From: Myxococcales bacterium
GTDB lineage: Bacteria; Myxococcota_A; Polyangia; Fen-1088
Assembly: GCA_043754455.1 (NCBI GenBank)
Contig: JAYUUT010000390.1
Span: 1-51,429 of the forward strand
DNA: 51,429 nt
Reading direction: 5' to 3'
Position 1 is the first letter of the stretch. The number at the start of each line of letters is the position of its first letter. The translations under genes were made by a program, and so were the position numbers. The notes beneath the pieces were generated by a model, which was not told the origin of the DNA, did not search any database, and was given only the letters and a program-made list of their open reading frames with translations. This document shows, one piece after another, positions 18,295 through 28,145 of the stretch.

Positions 18295-19871
18295 AGCCGC
18301 CCGGTCCTGCGTCCCAGCGTGAGCAACCGCCGGGTCAGTGCCACATCGGTCGTCATCGCGTCTAGTGTGGCGGCCGGGCGGTACGTCCAGTTGTCGGTCG
18401 ACACCGTGCCGGGAACATTGATGCGATCCCGGGTTCCCAGGGCGTCTTGCAGGGGAATCAGCAGAAGCGACGATGGGGATTCATAAACCGCATCCAAAAA
18501 ACCATCCCGCACCGGGGGACCGAAATCCACCTTGGGATCTAGGTGTTGCAGGGCAGGCAGTGCCACCAGGGCGGCGCGTTCGGTTGGGGACAGGGCATCC
18601 CAATAAACCGCGTTGGTTTCGACGTCGTGTGTTCCCGTGGTTGCGACCGACAGCGCAGGCCAGGTCGCCGGATCGCGGTACAGCCCTTGATCGTCGTGTT
18701 CCCAGCGCAAAACCCGGTAGCCGGGGATCTTCAGGGCGTTCAGTGACGGGCGCAAAAAGGGCGGCAGCAGTCCCAAATCTTCGGCCACAACCTGCCCATG
18801 ACGGGCGAACAGCCGCATCAATGATTCGCCCAAACGCATTTGCGCGTCCGGGTCGGCAGGCGAAAAACCTTCATCGTCCCTAGACATTGATCGGGAAAAC
18901 GTTCGGTACATCCCGATCACGTGATCAAGCCGCCACATATCGAACATGGCACCCGCCCGCGCCGCACGTGCGTCCATCCAGGGAAATCCAGCGGCCGCCA
19001 TCACATCCCAGTCGAAGGCGGGCAGCCCCCAGTCCTGGCCTTGCGCGGAAAAAGCATCAGGCGGGGTGCCCACGCGCCTGTCCCGCCGAAAATCCGCGGG
19101 CCGCGCCCAGACATCCGATGAATCTCCCGCAACCATAAAAGGCAAATCACCCATAAAGGCCACACCGAATTGGGCGGCGGCGCGTCGGGCGTGATGCCAT
19201 TGTTCGTCCAGCAACCACTGCCGCCAGGCGATTTCCAGCACGGCTTCGCCAAACGGCGTTTCGTCACGATCCGCCCCCAGCGCGGCCAACGCCCCAGGAT
19301 CACGCGCAGCTAAATCCGCGGGCCATTGCCAAAAGGGGGCCTTGAACCGTGCATGAAGCGCCACAAACAACGCATGATCCGGCAGCCACGATCGCTGTTC
19401 TTCGCGAAATTTTTTCAGGTCGCGGGCGCGCGTGCTGTTGGTACGCCATTCGGTGTCGCGAAAATGGGCGAACGCGCGGGCGCGGGCCTTGTCCTTGCAC
19501 TGCCGCACGGCGGGCCAGTCCACGGCAGGCGCTGCCGCCACAAAATCCAGCAAGACCCGTTCGAGCGTCGGCAAGGCTGCACGCCCCCCCGCGGCCACGA
19601 AATCTTCACACGCATCTAACCCCAGGTACACGGGATCAAGGGCAAACGCACTGGACGCCGAATAGGGGCTGGTCTCACCGCCCAGAATTTCGTTGGTCGG
19701 CAACAGGGACAGGACCCGGAACCCAGCCTTCTGCGCAAAACCGGCGGCCTTCACCAGATCGGGAATTTCCCCCACGCCGAACCCAGTCTCGGTACGCATC
19801 GAAAATAGGGGAAACACCAGGCCCGCCTGGCGTGGATTGCGCTGCCGTTCAACCGCAAGAAGCCCTGTCAT
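18291..19871 (-). CDS. malQ: 4-alpha-glucanotransferase (GH77)
   Basis: SPYS..SAFA, GDLPF, GTPPDAFS..GQDWG, RLDH, AEDLG, GTHD, RINVPGT..NW. Confidence 0.92.
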   Translation of the reverse strand: MTGLLAVERQRNPRQAGLVFPLFSMRTETGFGVGEIPDLVKAAGFAQKAGFRVLSLLPTNEILGGETSPYSASSAFALDPVYLGLDACEDFVAAGGRAALPTLERVLLDFVAAAPAVDWPAVRQCKDKARARAFAHFRDTEWRTNSTRARDLKKFREEQRSWLPDHALFVALHARFKAPFWQWPADLAARDPGALAALGADRDETPFGEAVLEIAWRQWLLDEQWHHARRAAAQFGVAFMGDLPFMVAGDSSDVWARPADFRRDRRVGTPPDAFSAQGQDWGLPAFDWDVMAAAGFPWMDARAARAGAMFDMWRLDHVIGMYRTFSRSMSRDDEGFSPADPDAQMRLGESLMRLFARHGQVVAEDLGLLPPFLRPSLNALKIPGYRVLRWEHDDQGLYRDPATWPALSVATTGTHDVETNAVYWDALSPTERAALVALPALQHLDPKVDFGPPVRDGFLDAVYESPSSLLLIPLQDALGTRDRINVPGTVSTDNWTYRPAATLDAMTTDVALTRRLLTLGRRTGRL

Positions 19872-19960
19872 CACGAGGATTGGGTGTCTACCACGGCCTT
19901 TCGTGTTGGGTTTGATCGGGGTTAATGCAGTCCCGTGGTACCGTTGTCGGCACAATCCCC

Positions 19961-20329
19961 ATGCCCAGCAAAGCCTTCATTCCTCAAGCCGATCTATCCG
20001 CCTGGGTTTCCGCCGAACGGGTGGACCTTCGGGGCGACACTTTGGTGCTGCGGGGGGCGTCGGCGGCCCTGTCCCTGATGCCCGCCTCGCATTTTCGTAC
20101 GCTAACTGCGGGGGACGATACCCACAGCCTTCTTGGCAAGGTGAAGGACGAAAGGGCCCTAGAGGCCATGGGTGCAGAAGGATTCGAAACGTCCGTGATT
20201 CTGGGCGAAACCGCGTATGAAGTGGACCCCGGGTTTGTCGCGACGGTGGTGCTGCTGGGCGGCGGCGATGAAGGCCAGATCGAAGGCGAAGTGCTGGCCG
20301 CGCTCCAAGATCTTGCGGCGACCGGCTAA
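19961..20329 (+). CDS. Hypothetical protein
   Basis: Clean ORF from ATG 19961 with coding-like composition. Confidence 0.65.
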   Translation: MPSKAFIPQADLSAWVSAERVDLRGDTLVLRGASAALSLMPASHFRTLTAGDDTHSLLGKVKDERALEAMGAEGFETSVILGETAYEVDPGFVATVVLLGGGDEGQIEGEVLAALQDLAATG

Positions 20330-20338
20330 GCTGTCCGG

Positions 20339-20554
20339 CTAAGTCAGAGGCTGGGCGGGGGGTTGGGGCGGCGAATCAGAGGCACCCGATTTGGCTAGGG
20401 CTCGTCGGCGCATCCACCGCCCACCAAAGGTCAACCCGACCGTGACAATGGCAAGCTTGACCACAACAGCGACGACCACCAAATACGGGCCGGGCTTGAT
20501 GCCAAAAATTGAAAGGAGGCCCGCAACGGCCCCGGTAATGGCTGCGGTAAGCAC
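20339..20554 (-). CDS. Small membrane protein
   Basis: Two hydrophobic segments followed by a basic tail. Confidence 0.5.
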   Translation of the reverse strand: MLTAAITGAVAGLLSIFGIKPGPYLVVVAVVVKLAIVTVGLTFGGRWMRRRALAKSGASDSPPQPPAQPLT

Positions 20555-20633
20555 ACCTGAATCCTAGCAGCCCCGTGCCCCCTGCGGGCGGATCTGCAGT
20601 TTGGGTTGGGGCCGTGTAGGGTTAGCTGCCGTC

Positions 20634-21434
20634 GTGGAAGCCCTTACCCTTTTGCCCATCATCGCCTACGCGGCGGCCACCACCCTTTACCTTGCTGCCC
20701 AATTGGGGGGCGGGGGCGGGGCGGCACGGCTTGGGCGCACGGCCCTGTTGGTCGCGTTCCTTGCCGAATTGGTGGATATCGGCGCGCGTTGTTTTCGCCT
20801 GGAACATCCCCTGTCGTCGACTGCCGAGGCCACGGCGTTCGTGGGATGGCTGCTGTCGGGGGGATTTTGGTTGGGAACCCTGCGGTATCGCGTCCAGGCC
20901 GCTGGTGGGTTCGTGTTGTCCGCGGCCCTGGTGTTGTTGGTGCTAGGCCGCGTGTTGCCCGCAGAAGGCGCAACCGTTGTCGCCGCATCCCCCCTGGGAA
21001 CAACGCACATTTTTTTAGCAACCTTGGGGCTGGCGATTTTCGCCTTGGCAGCGGCCCTGGCGGTGTTGTACCTGCTGCAAGAACGTCGATTAAAGGGCGG
21101 CAAACTGGACCTGCGGCAGTTGCACGACAAACGGCCCCCCCTAGAAACCCTGGATCGTTTGTCGGCACGCTGCGTCTCGGCGGGGTTTCCGGTCCTGACC
21201 CTCACCATCGTGACCGGGGCCATCTGGGTGGCACGGTTGGGGTTTTTGCAACACGGGACCGCTGTGCGACCCGAATACCTACTTAGCCTGATGTCGTGGC
21301 TGGCCTTCGGCGTGCTGCTGGTGGCCCGCGCGGGGGCTGGATGGCAAGGCCGCCGGGCGGCTTGGTTAACGCTGGGGGGGTTCGCGGCCTCGGTGTTGGT
21401 TCTGGCTGGATACGTGCTGCGACAGGTTTTTTGA
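20634..21434 (+). CDS. Cytochrome c assembly protein (CcsA/HemX-like)
   Basis: Multi-TM; THI, LYLLQERRLK, PPLETLD, GF..LT..IVTGAIW, GWQGRR; directly upstream of hemA. Confidence 0.85.
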   Translation: MEALTLLPIIAYAAATTLYLAAQLGGGGGAARLGRTALLVAFLAELVDIGARCFRLEHPLSSTAEATAFVGWLLSGGFWLGTLRYRVQAAGGFVLSAALVLLVLGRVLPAEGATVVAASPLGTTHIFLATLGLAIFALAAALAVLYLLQERRLKGGKLDLRQLHDKRPPLETLDRLSARCVSAGFPVLTLTIVTGAIWVARLGFLQHGTAVRPEYLLSLMSWLAFGVLLVARAGAGWQGRRAAWLTLGGFAASVLVLAGYVLRQVF

Positions 21435-21437
21435 TCC

Positions 21438-22727
21438 ATGGATTTGTTGGTCATCGGTCTTTCGCATCGAACCGCGTCTTTGGCGTTGCGTGAACGTCTG
21501 GCCGTAGATCCAGGGGATCTGGAAACCCGCGTCCGTGATCTGATGACCCTGCCCGGGCTGCGGGAACTGATGTTGGTGTCAACCTGCAACCGAATGGAAA
21601 TCTACGCGTCCTACAAAGACGGTCCCGCTGCCCTGTCGGCCTTGCGAAAGCGGTTGGAAGAAGAAACCCACGACAAGGGTGATGACGACCTGGGGGGCCA
21701 TTTATACGAACGCATGGGCCATGAAGCGGTTCATCACCTGTTCCGGGTCACGGCCAGCCTGGATTCAATGGTGGTGGGCGAGCCCCAAATCCTGGGTCAG
21801 ATGAAGGCCGCCTTCGAACAAGCCACACAATATGGTGTAGCCGGCCCGACATTGTCCGATGTGTTCGCGCGGGCGTTTCGGGTCGCCCGCCGCATCCGCC
21901 GCGAGACCGGCATCGCAAAAAATCCTGTCTCCATAAGTTCAGTGGCGGTTGATCTGGCGCGCCTGGTATGGGACGGGTTTGCCGGACGGCGTGTGCTGCT
22001 GGTTGGTGCTGGGAAAATGGCCGATTTGGCCTCCCGGGCGTTGAAGGCCGATGGGGCCGTGATGGCCGTGACCAATCGCACCCCCGCGCGCGCTGACGAA
22101 CTGGCAGCCCGGTTGGGCGCGCAGGTCGAACCCTGGGAAAAACTGGGCGAGGCCATCGGCCGCGCGGATATCGTCATTTCATCCACCGGCGCCCGTGAGC
22201 CCGTCATCAAACGGACGCTGGTTGCCGAAGCCCAGAAGCTGCGGCGGGGAAAACCCCTGGTGCTGATAGACATCGCCGTGCCCCGGGATGTGGAACCCGG
22301 TGTGGGTGACCTGGCGGGCGTGTTCCTTTACGACATTGATCATTTGCAGCAGGTGGCGTCCCACAATCTGGATGGGCGCCGCCAAGAGGCCGATCGCGCC
22401 GAGGCCATGGTCGAAGAAGAGGTCGCCAAATACCTGGCGACGTCGCGCGGGCGCGAAGTGGGGCCCACAATAGCGGCCCTGCGTGCCCAGGTCGTGACCC
22501 TGGCCCGTCGCGAAGCGGAACGAACCGTGCAAGGGCTTGGGCCTCTGGACGACAAGATCCACAAAGCCATCCTGGCCTTGGGCGATGCCATAGCTGCCAA
22601 GATGATGCACACGCCGTCTGTCGTGCTGAAAAAAAATGGCGGGACCGACGACGGCGAAGCCCTAGCCGACGCGGCCAGAAAATTATTCGAACTGCCGGAG
22701 CCCGGCGGTGGAAAGGAAGATCCGTGA
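21438..22727 (+). CDS. hemA: Glutamyl-tRNA reductase
   Basis: STCNR, SLDSMVVGEPQILGQ, GAGKM, DIAVPRD. Confidence 0.96.
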   Translation: MDLLVIGLSHRTASLALRERLAVDPGDLETRVRDLMTLPGLRELMLVSTCNRMEIYASYKDGPAALSALRKRLEEETHDKGDDDLGGHLYERMGHEAVHHLFRVTASLDSMVVGEPQILGQMKAAFEQATQYGVAGPTLSDVFARAFRVARRIRRETGIAKNPVSISSVAVDLARLVWDGFAGRRVLLVGAGKMADLASRALKADGAVMAVTNRTPARADELAARLGAQVEPWEKLGEAIGRADIVISSTGAREPVIKRTLVAEAQKLRRGKPLVLIDIAVPRDVEPGVGDLAGVFLYDIDHLQQVASHNLDGRRQEADRAEAMVEEEVAKYLATSRGREVGPTIAALRAQVVTLARREAERTVQGLGPLDDKIHKAILALGDAIAAKMMHTPSVVLKKNGGTDDGEALADAARKLFELPEPGGGKEDP

Positions 22728-23653
22728 GCGCTAAAATTGTTGTTATCGGAAGCCGTGGCAGCGCCCTGGCACGCTGGCAGGCTGACCACGTTGCAGGCGC
22801 ATTGCGAACCGCCCATCCCGGTCTGCAGGTGCGCATCGAAATCATCGTCACCGAAGGCGATCGATTTGTTTCGGGTCCTCTAATTGAAATCGGTGGCAAG
22901 GGTGTTTGGGTCAAAGAAATCGAGCAGGCCCTGCTGGAACGCCGGATCGATCTGGCGGTCCACAGTCTCAAAGATGTCCCGTCAGCCCTGGCGCCCGGCC
23001 TTGAACTTCTTGCGATTCCCACGCGCGCGGATGCCCGCGACGCCTTTATTACGCGTGACGGAAAAACCCTGGAGACCTTGGCCCCGGGCGCGCGGGTCGG
23101 AACCTCCAGCCTGCGACGGGTTTGCCAGATCAAAGAACGGCGTCCTGATTTGCAGGTGGAAGTCTTGCGCGGCAACGTCGACACACGGCTTGGCAAGGTG
23201 GAATCAGGCGTGGTCGATGCGGCCGTCCTGGCCTGCGCGGGCCTGGATCGCCTGGGATACGCCGACCGCATAGCGGAACGTCTGGCCGCCGAAACCATGT
23301 TGCCCGCCATCGGCCAGGGCGCCCTGGGGCTGGAGGCCCGCGGCGATGATCCGATCACGCGCGCCCAACTGATCCCCCTTCACGACCCCACAACCGCCCT
23401 AGCCGTCATGGCCGAACGGGCGTTATTGCGCGGCCTCGGAGGCACCTGCCGAACGCCGTTAGGCGGTTACGCGACTATTGCTAACGGGTCGTTGCGGCTG
23501 CGCGGCCTGGTCGGCAGCCCCGATGGCCGCGACATGATCCGCGACGAGATCACGGGCCCTGCTGCCGACGGGGTTGCGTTGGGAATTGAACTCGCCCGCC
23601 GCATGCACGAAAAAGGCGCCGGCCGGATTCTGGCAGCGGCAAGCCAGGGCTGA
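22724..23653 (+). CDS. hemC: Hydroxymethylbilane synthase
   Basis: GSRGSALA, VHSLKD, GTSSLRR, RGNVDTR, GQGA, GGTC. Confidence 0.96.
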   Translation: MSAKIVVIGSRGSALARWQADHVAGALRTAHPGLQVRIEIIVTEGDRFVSGPLIEIGGKGVWVKEIEQALLERRIDLAVHSLKDVPSALAPGLELLAIPTRADARDAFITRDGKTLETLAPGARVGTSSLRRVCQIKERRPDLQVEVLRGNVDTRLGKVESGVVDAAVLACAGLDRLGYADRIAERLAAETMLPAIGQGALGLEARGDDPITRAQLIPLHDPTTALAVMAERALLRGLGGTCRTPLGGYATIANGSLRLRGLVGSPDGRDMIRDEITGPAADGVALGIELARRMHEKGAGRILAAASQG

Positions 23654-23779
23654 TTCACGACGGTACGGTAACCATGGGGTAGTCTTTTGGATTCAAAATC
23701 TGGCACGCCCGCTTGAAGGGTGGGGTAAACGCGGGGGCCTTTGGGCCCAAAGGGTTTGAAGTCAAAAATTCGCCAACCA

Positions 23780-23964
23780 CGGCCCACTTTGGGGAGCCTC
23801 GGCAAAACGGAACGAGTCACAAAGTATGGAAGATGCCGTGGGGTGGTGACCCCAGGGTGAACCTTCAAGAAGGGGAGAGCGGAAAAGCAAAGCCCTATCA
23901 GATCCGCCAAATTGTTGCGGCCATTGATGCGCTGTCCGCGAAGAAACCGAAGGAGACGAAATAA
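23780..23964 (+). pseudogene. HicA-like toxin, N-terminally truncated
   Basis: HFGEPRQNGTSH..WKMPWGGDPRVNLQ...GKAKPYQIRQ; upstream in-frame sequence does not resemble the HicA N-terminal helices. Confidence 0.7.
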
Positions 23965-24306
23965 ATGAAAACTTCAAATTCTATTCTCGTCGATAGGTAT
24001 TCCTATCGTGTGTGCTGGTCCGACGAAGATGACGAGTTCGTCGGCCTGTGCGCAGAGTTTCCAAGCCTGAGTTGGTTGGCGAAATCTCGCGAAGGGGCAC
24101 TGAAGGGTATTGTGGCGGTTGTGCGGCAGTGTATCGAGGATCTGCAATGCGAAGACCAACCCAGACCCCTTTCAAGCCGGGCCTACAGTGGTATTTTCAA
24201 AATTCGGATTCCCTCGCTCGTACACCGTAATCTTGCCGTCGAGGCCGCTGAAGCCGGGATTTCCCTCAACCGATTGGTCAGTGCAAAACTTTCCCACGGG
24301 GGATGA
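23965..24306 (+). CDS. hicB: HicB family antitoxin
   Basis: YRVCWSDED.EFVGLCAEFPSLSW; YSG.F.IRIP..VHR.LA.EA.E.GISLN; aggag RBS. Confidence 0.9.
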   Translation: MKTSNSILVDRYSYRVCWSDEDDEFVGLCAEFPSLSWLAKSREGALKGIVAVVRQCIEDLQCEDQPRPLSSRAYSGIFKIRIPSLVHRNLAVEAAEAGISLNRLVSAKLSHGG

Positions 24307-24850
24307 GAAAGCCTGCCACTTCGTCGAGGTGATCGACGACGGGGGCGCCGGTTGCAACCAGCCGTTCGCGGCTTTGGTGGCCGCCGAAAAAAAGGACGGC
24401 GCGACATCCTATGGCCTGGGGCAGTTCGAGATCGTGCTGGGTATCGCCTAACAGCAGGGTTTCGGGAGGGCACGCAGCCCCGTTGGAACTGGCGTTGATG
24501 TCGGCCCCGCCGCAGTAGTTGGGCAGATGGGGCAGCAGCGCGTGTGTCTCCAGCAAACGACCTAGAAGTCTGTTTTCCATGGCCGACACCACAAGCTGGG
24601 CGACGGCGCAGGCATGACCTGCACGGGCGGCTGTTGGTAGCGGCTGAGGAACGCGTCGGACAGGCCCACAACGTGTTCGCGCGTCACACCAAACCCAAGT
24701 CCCTCGTAGAAATCGCGCACCGGAAATCCAAACCGCGCCCGGTAGACCTCACGAGAAATCGGCGGCAGCCCCCGTTCGTGCAGCAGCGACGCCAGGGTCG
24801 CCACGCATGCAGCCACGTCATCCAGCAAGGTGCCGTTGAATGACGTGTCT
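24278..24850 (-). pseudogene. HAD-superfamily phosphatase, frameshifted
   Basis: FNGTLLDD lacks the first Asp and is out of frame with upstream RHV; second frame carries VSAM and LGDT.HD...GHQS. Confidence 0.75.
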
Positions 24851-24951
24851 GACCGGGGCGGGCGCCATTCCAGGCGCGGTTAGCAGGCGAGGGCGCTAGA
24901 AAAGTCCAGGTGAAACCGTTCCGACGCGGCGCCGGGGATCTTCCCAGGCGT

Positions 24952-25017
24952 TTGACGGCGCCAGTGATTGGACTTACAATATCGTAATATCGATATACAT
25001 ATCGCGTTCACGATATG
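24952..25017 (+). promoter_or_regulatory. Sigma70 promoter with twin palindromic operators
   Basis: TTGACG (24952)-N17-TACAAT (24975); ATATCG-N6-CGATAT at 24979-24996 and 24999-25016. Confidence 0.8.
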
Positions 25018-25812
25018 GAAAACAATTCTCAGGCCCAAACGCTGACGTCCAGGCGGTACATCGCCAGGACGGTTCGCGCTCTGCGCAAGGAGCGCGCGTG
25101 GACCCAGGCTGAACTGGCGCGCCACCTCGGCCTGTCACAGAGCCGGCTCAGCGAGATCGAGAACGGTGACGGCTCATTCACCGCCGAACAGTTCCTCGTG
25201 CTGCTCAAGCTTTTCAACGTGACCACGGCCCGGTTCAGCGGCCAGCGGCCCGACGATGAGGCGCAGTTGCGGAACGCGTTGGCCCGTCTGGGCGCTCACC
25301 ACCTGCAGGAAAGCCCTGACGTCGTCCCCCGTAGCGAAACAGATGACGTGGCCACTGTCGTCCGGGATGGGCTGATAACGGGCGACCCCCGTGTGACAAC
25401 GGGGTTGGCGCCAGTCCTGGTCGCCCACATCGACCGCATCAGCATTGGCAAGCTGTTTTTGGATCTTGCCCGCATAGGACTTGAACGGCGACTGGCGTGG
25501 CTTGCTGAAAACACTGTGGACGCGATCCACCGCGAACTTACCGGCGCCCCGCCTCGTGCGTGGGCCTCTGGCGCCCGTCGCGCCGCTGTGGTTTTGCAGG
25601 CCTTCGTCGACGCGGCCGCGCGGGACGCTTTGGGTCGGGCCCAACTCAATCTTCCTCCCGATGTCCTCGACCCAACAATTCGCAGCAAGAAGACACTGGA
25701 TGAGGTCGCCGCCGCGTCGACGGCAATCTCGCAAAAATGGGGGATCGTGACCGTGATAACGCCCGATGACTTCCAACAAGCCTTGCGAGGGGCGCATGTC
25801 GCTCGTCCGTGA
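25015..25812 (+). CDS. XRE-family HTH protein with large C-terminal domain (putative antitoxin)
   Basis: VRALRKERAWTQAELARHLGLSQSRLSEIENG; overlaps the next gene. Confidence 0.8.
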   Translation: MENNSQAQTLTSRRYIARTVRALRKERAWTQAELARHLGLSQSRLSEIENGDGSFTAEQFLVLLKLFNVTTARFSGQRPDDEAQLRNALARLGAHHLQESPDVVPRSETDDVATVVRDGLITGDPRVTTGLAPVLVAHIDRISIGKLFLDLARIGLERRLAWLAENTVDAIHRELTGAPPRAWASGARRAAVVLQAFVDAAARDALGRAQLNLPPDVLDPTIRSKKTLDEVAAASTAISQKWGIVTVITPDDFQQALRGAHVARP

Positions 25813-26389
25813 GTTCATGATCGATCTGGACCGGCGATGGCCAGGTCACACGACAAACAAGCTGCGGCTTCACATCATCGGCTCCACGGCGTTGATGCTC
25901 CAGGCTGACTACGTGAGAGGAACCAAGGACAGCGACGTGCTTGAAACCGCGGATCTAGACCCGTCGACAAGGAGAAACCTGGTGCAGCTAGCGGGCCCGG
26001 GAACGGATCTTCATCGTCGCCACAGGATGTATATGGAGATTGTTCCCGCCGGGCTGCCACTTCTCCCCCAGAGGCCACGGTGGTCGGCGCTTGGCGAACT
26101 CAATGTACAGCTGGCAAGCCTCAGTTTGGAGGCGTTGTCGATTGTTGACGTTGTTATCAGCAAGCTCAGGCGGTTCCATGGCGACGATCAGCGTGACATC
26201 AGCGCGATGGTCGATCGTGACCTCGTTCTACATTGCGAATTTGTCGATCGCTTCAAACTGGCTGTGGACTATCATCTGTTAGATGCACGGGCACACGACC
26301 TGCCCAAGGTTGTTGCAAATTTCCACCGTGTCGAGCGCGACTTCTTCGGAGTACCAGAGACCGCGATTGATCTACCACACTGGCTATAG
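25796..26389 (+). CDS. Nucleotidyltransferase, DUF6036/AbiEii-like (putative toxin)
   Basis: IIGSTAL...RGTKDSD and SKL......D.RDI motifs. Confidence 0.75.
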   Translation: MSLVREFMIDLDRRWPGHTTNKLRLHIIGSTALMLQADYVRGTKDSDVLETADLDPSTRRNLVQLAGPGTDLHRRHRMYMEIVPAGLPLLPQRPRWSALGELNVQLASLSLEALSIVDVVISKLRRFHGDDQRDISAMVDRDLVLHCEFVDRFKLAVDYHLLDARAHDLPKVVANFHRVERDFFGVPETAIDLPHWL

Positions 26390-26409
26390 ATGGTTGAGGC
26401 GCATGGCCG

Positions 26410-28122
26410 TCATTTCGGCGGCAGACCAGTCTTCAAGATCGAGACGGCAAATGCGTTGAAACTTGCCTTGATTCTTTCGAAATCAGGAAACTCTTCGCTC
26501 TTTAAATTGGTGAGAGAAGCCATCGAGAGAATCCTGAGACCGTTGGGAATCACGAATGCGTCAGCCGACTCTCGCCCCACCACGATATCTTTCAGATTTG
26601 TTTCGACCCATCCCGTGCGAACGCGCAAGTATGGAACGGAAGGAAGGCCCGTTGGACGCCAGATTGTTTGTGTTACGGCCGGGAATTTCTCCCACATGCC
26701 CAGAAACGCTGGAGAGGCGAGGTTTTCCAAAACGTCACAGGCCATTCCGTCAACCACTTCTTTGCCTTTGGCAGCGAGGCCGGCCTGGCTAAAACAGTTC
26801 TCCTGCGCTTCCGCGCACTTGAATGATTGCCTTACAATCGCAATATCTGCCCCCCGGCCGCCCCAGACAATCGCCCCGCCCTCTTTCGCTGTCGGATCGA
26901 ATGACCATGTGAGGTTTTTTGCCGTGTCAACGAGATGGACAAAGTTAACGCCGTCAAGCTCGATTCTTAACCGCGCACCCAAGGCTCGAAATTTTCCGGT
27001 AATCACGCTGTCTTTTGGTTTGCCTTCCATCCTGAATTTTGCCGACCATGATTTTTTTGTATCGCCCTGTGCGCTCAGTCCGGGCGAGTCGGGATCCAAG
27101 TCATGGGCCCGTCCTAGCCTCGCTTCAACCAAAGAAAATTCGGAAGATGAATTTTTGGCGTAACGATCGCCCGGCAATCCGATCACCATCGTCGCAAGCT
27201 GAGGTTCTGAACTACGGGCCACATCGTCAAAAAATCCCTGAAACTTCGCCTTTTCGGCGTAGACGTTCACGTCGTCATAACTCGGCTTTCCATCGGCCTG
27301 GATGCCTCTGACTCTAAAAGAAAACATGGTCGGTCGCATTTTTGCGTACCCATAGTTGAAGTAATCATGCGGTTGAATGTAGGCGTAAACTAACGCCGTC
27401 CGTCCGACAAGCCTGGCGGCATCGCCTTTGATTTGCGTGGGTGATAGCGGCGGGCGGACAAAGGGAGGGTTCGCCTCGACCTGAGCCAGTCGGTCTGCTA
27501 CGTCTTCAAGAATCTTCGCATCGTCGGGATCCGGGTACGAAACCCGAAATTTAGAAAGCCAGATTTTTGCGTTCTCAATGCTGGACTTGTGCTGTTTGTG
27601 GTCAACAGCAGCAACGCGGAGCAGACAATCGATCTTAATTTGAAAATTGCTACGGCCAACCGGGGCAAAAGACAGAAATCGGTCTACTCGTGAGCAGGCC
27701 TCGTCCCATTTTTTGGCATTGACAAGGTCGATCGAATTTTTACTGTGTTTGTAGAACGGAACGACACGCCATTGCTCGGCCTCGCGAACCAGGACGACTC
27801 CTTCCTTCTGGTCGTTCTTCCCATCGATCGAAGTGCCGGTGCAAAGGACTCTAACAAACTCAGGAAGCTGAGTCTTTATCACCTCGCACTGTGCGGCTGT
27901 AAGCGTTGGCTGAGCCTCGGAACCAGAGTCAGCGATGGCCACAAGTTCGCCAAGCGTATCCCTCGCTTTCTGGGAAACCATTGCCCGTCGGTTTTCGGGC
28001 GTGGCTGCGAGATAGGTTGAGGCCAGTTTTCCAGGAGAAGTGTCTTTGCAACCCGTGGTAGCCACGGCGACAATAAATCCTACGACTAGATTTCTGCTTA
28101 TGTTTGGTGTCTTCGCTTTCAT
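26410..28122 (-). CDS. Multidomain lipoprotein, C-terminal DUF4412-like domain
   Basis: GGAGG RBS before ATG 28122; TTGC lipobox; GKEVVDGMAC...W...AFVIP. Confidence 0.65.
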   Translation of the reverse strand: MKAKTPNISRNLVVGFIVAVATTGCKDTSPGKLASTYLAATPENRRAMVSQKARDTLGELVAIADSGSEAQPTLTAAQCEVIKTQLPEFVRVLCTGTSIDGKNDQKEGVVLVREAEQWRVVPFYKHSKNSIDLVNAKKWDEACSRVDRFLSFAPVGRSNFQIKIDCLLRVAAVDHKQHKSSIENAKIWLSKFRVSYPDPDDAKILEDVADRLAQVEANPPFVRPPLSPTQIKGDAARLVGRTALVYAYIQPHDYFNYGYAKMRPTMFSFRVRGIQADGKPSYDDVNVYAEKAKFQGFFDDVARSSEPQLATMVIGLPGDRYAKNSSSEFSLVEARLGRAHDLDPDSPGLSAQGDTKKSWSAKFRMEGKPKDSVITGKFRALGARLRIELDGVNFVHLVDTAKNLTWSFDPTAKEGGAIVWGGRGADIAIVRQSFKCAEAQENCFSQAGLAAKGKEVVDGMACDVLENLASPAFLGMWEKFPAVTQTIWRPTGLPSVPYLRVRTGWVETNLKDIVVGRESADAFVIPNGLRILSMASLTNLKSEEFPDFERIKASFNAFAVSILKTGLPPK

Positions 28123-28145
28123 GTTCCCTCCCGCGCAATTTCCAG

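Noticed and set aside
20687-23358. Long antisense ORFs over ccsA/hemA/hemC
   Set aside because: Shadow frames of well-supported genes
23701-23717. Sigma54 promoter tggcacgcccgcttgaa
   Set aside because: The -12 GC is missing and the spacing is off by one
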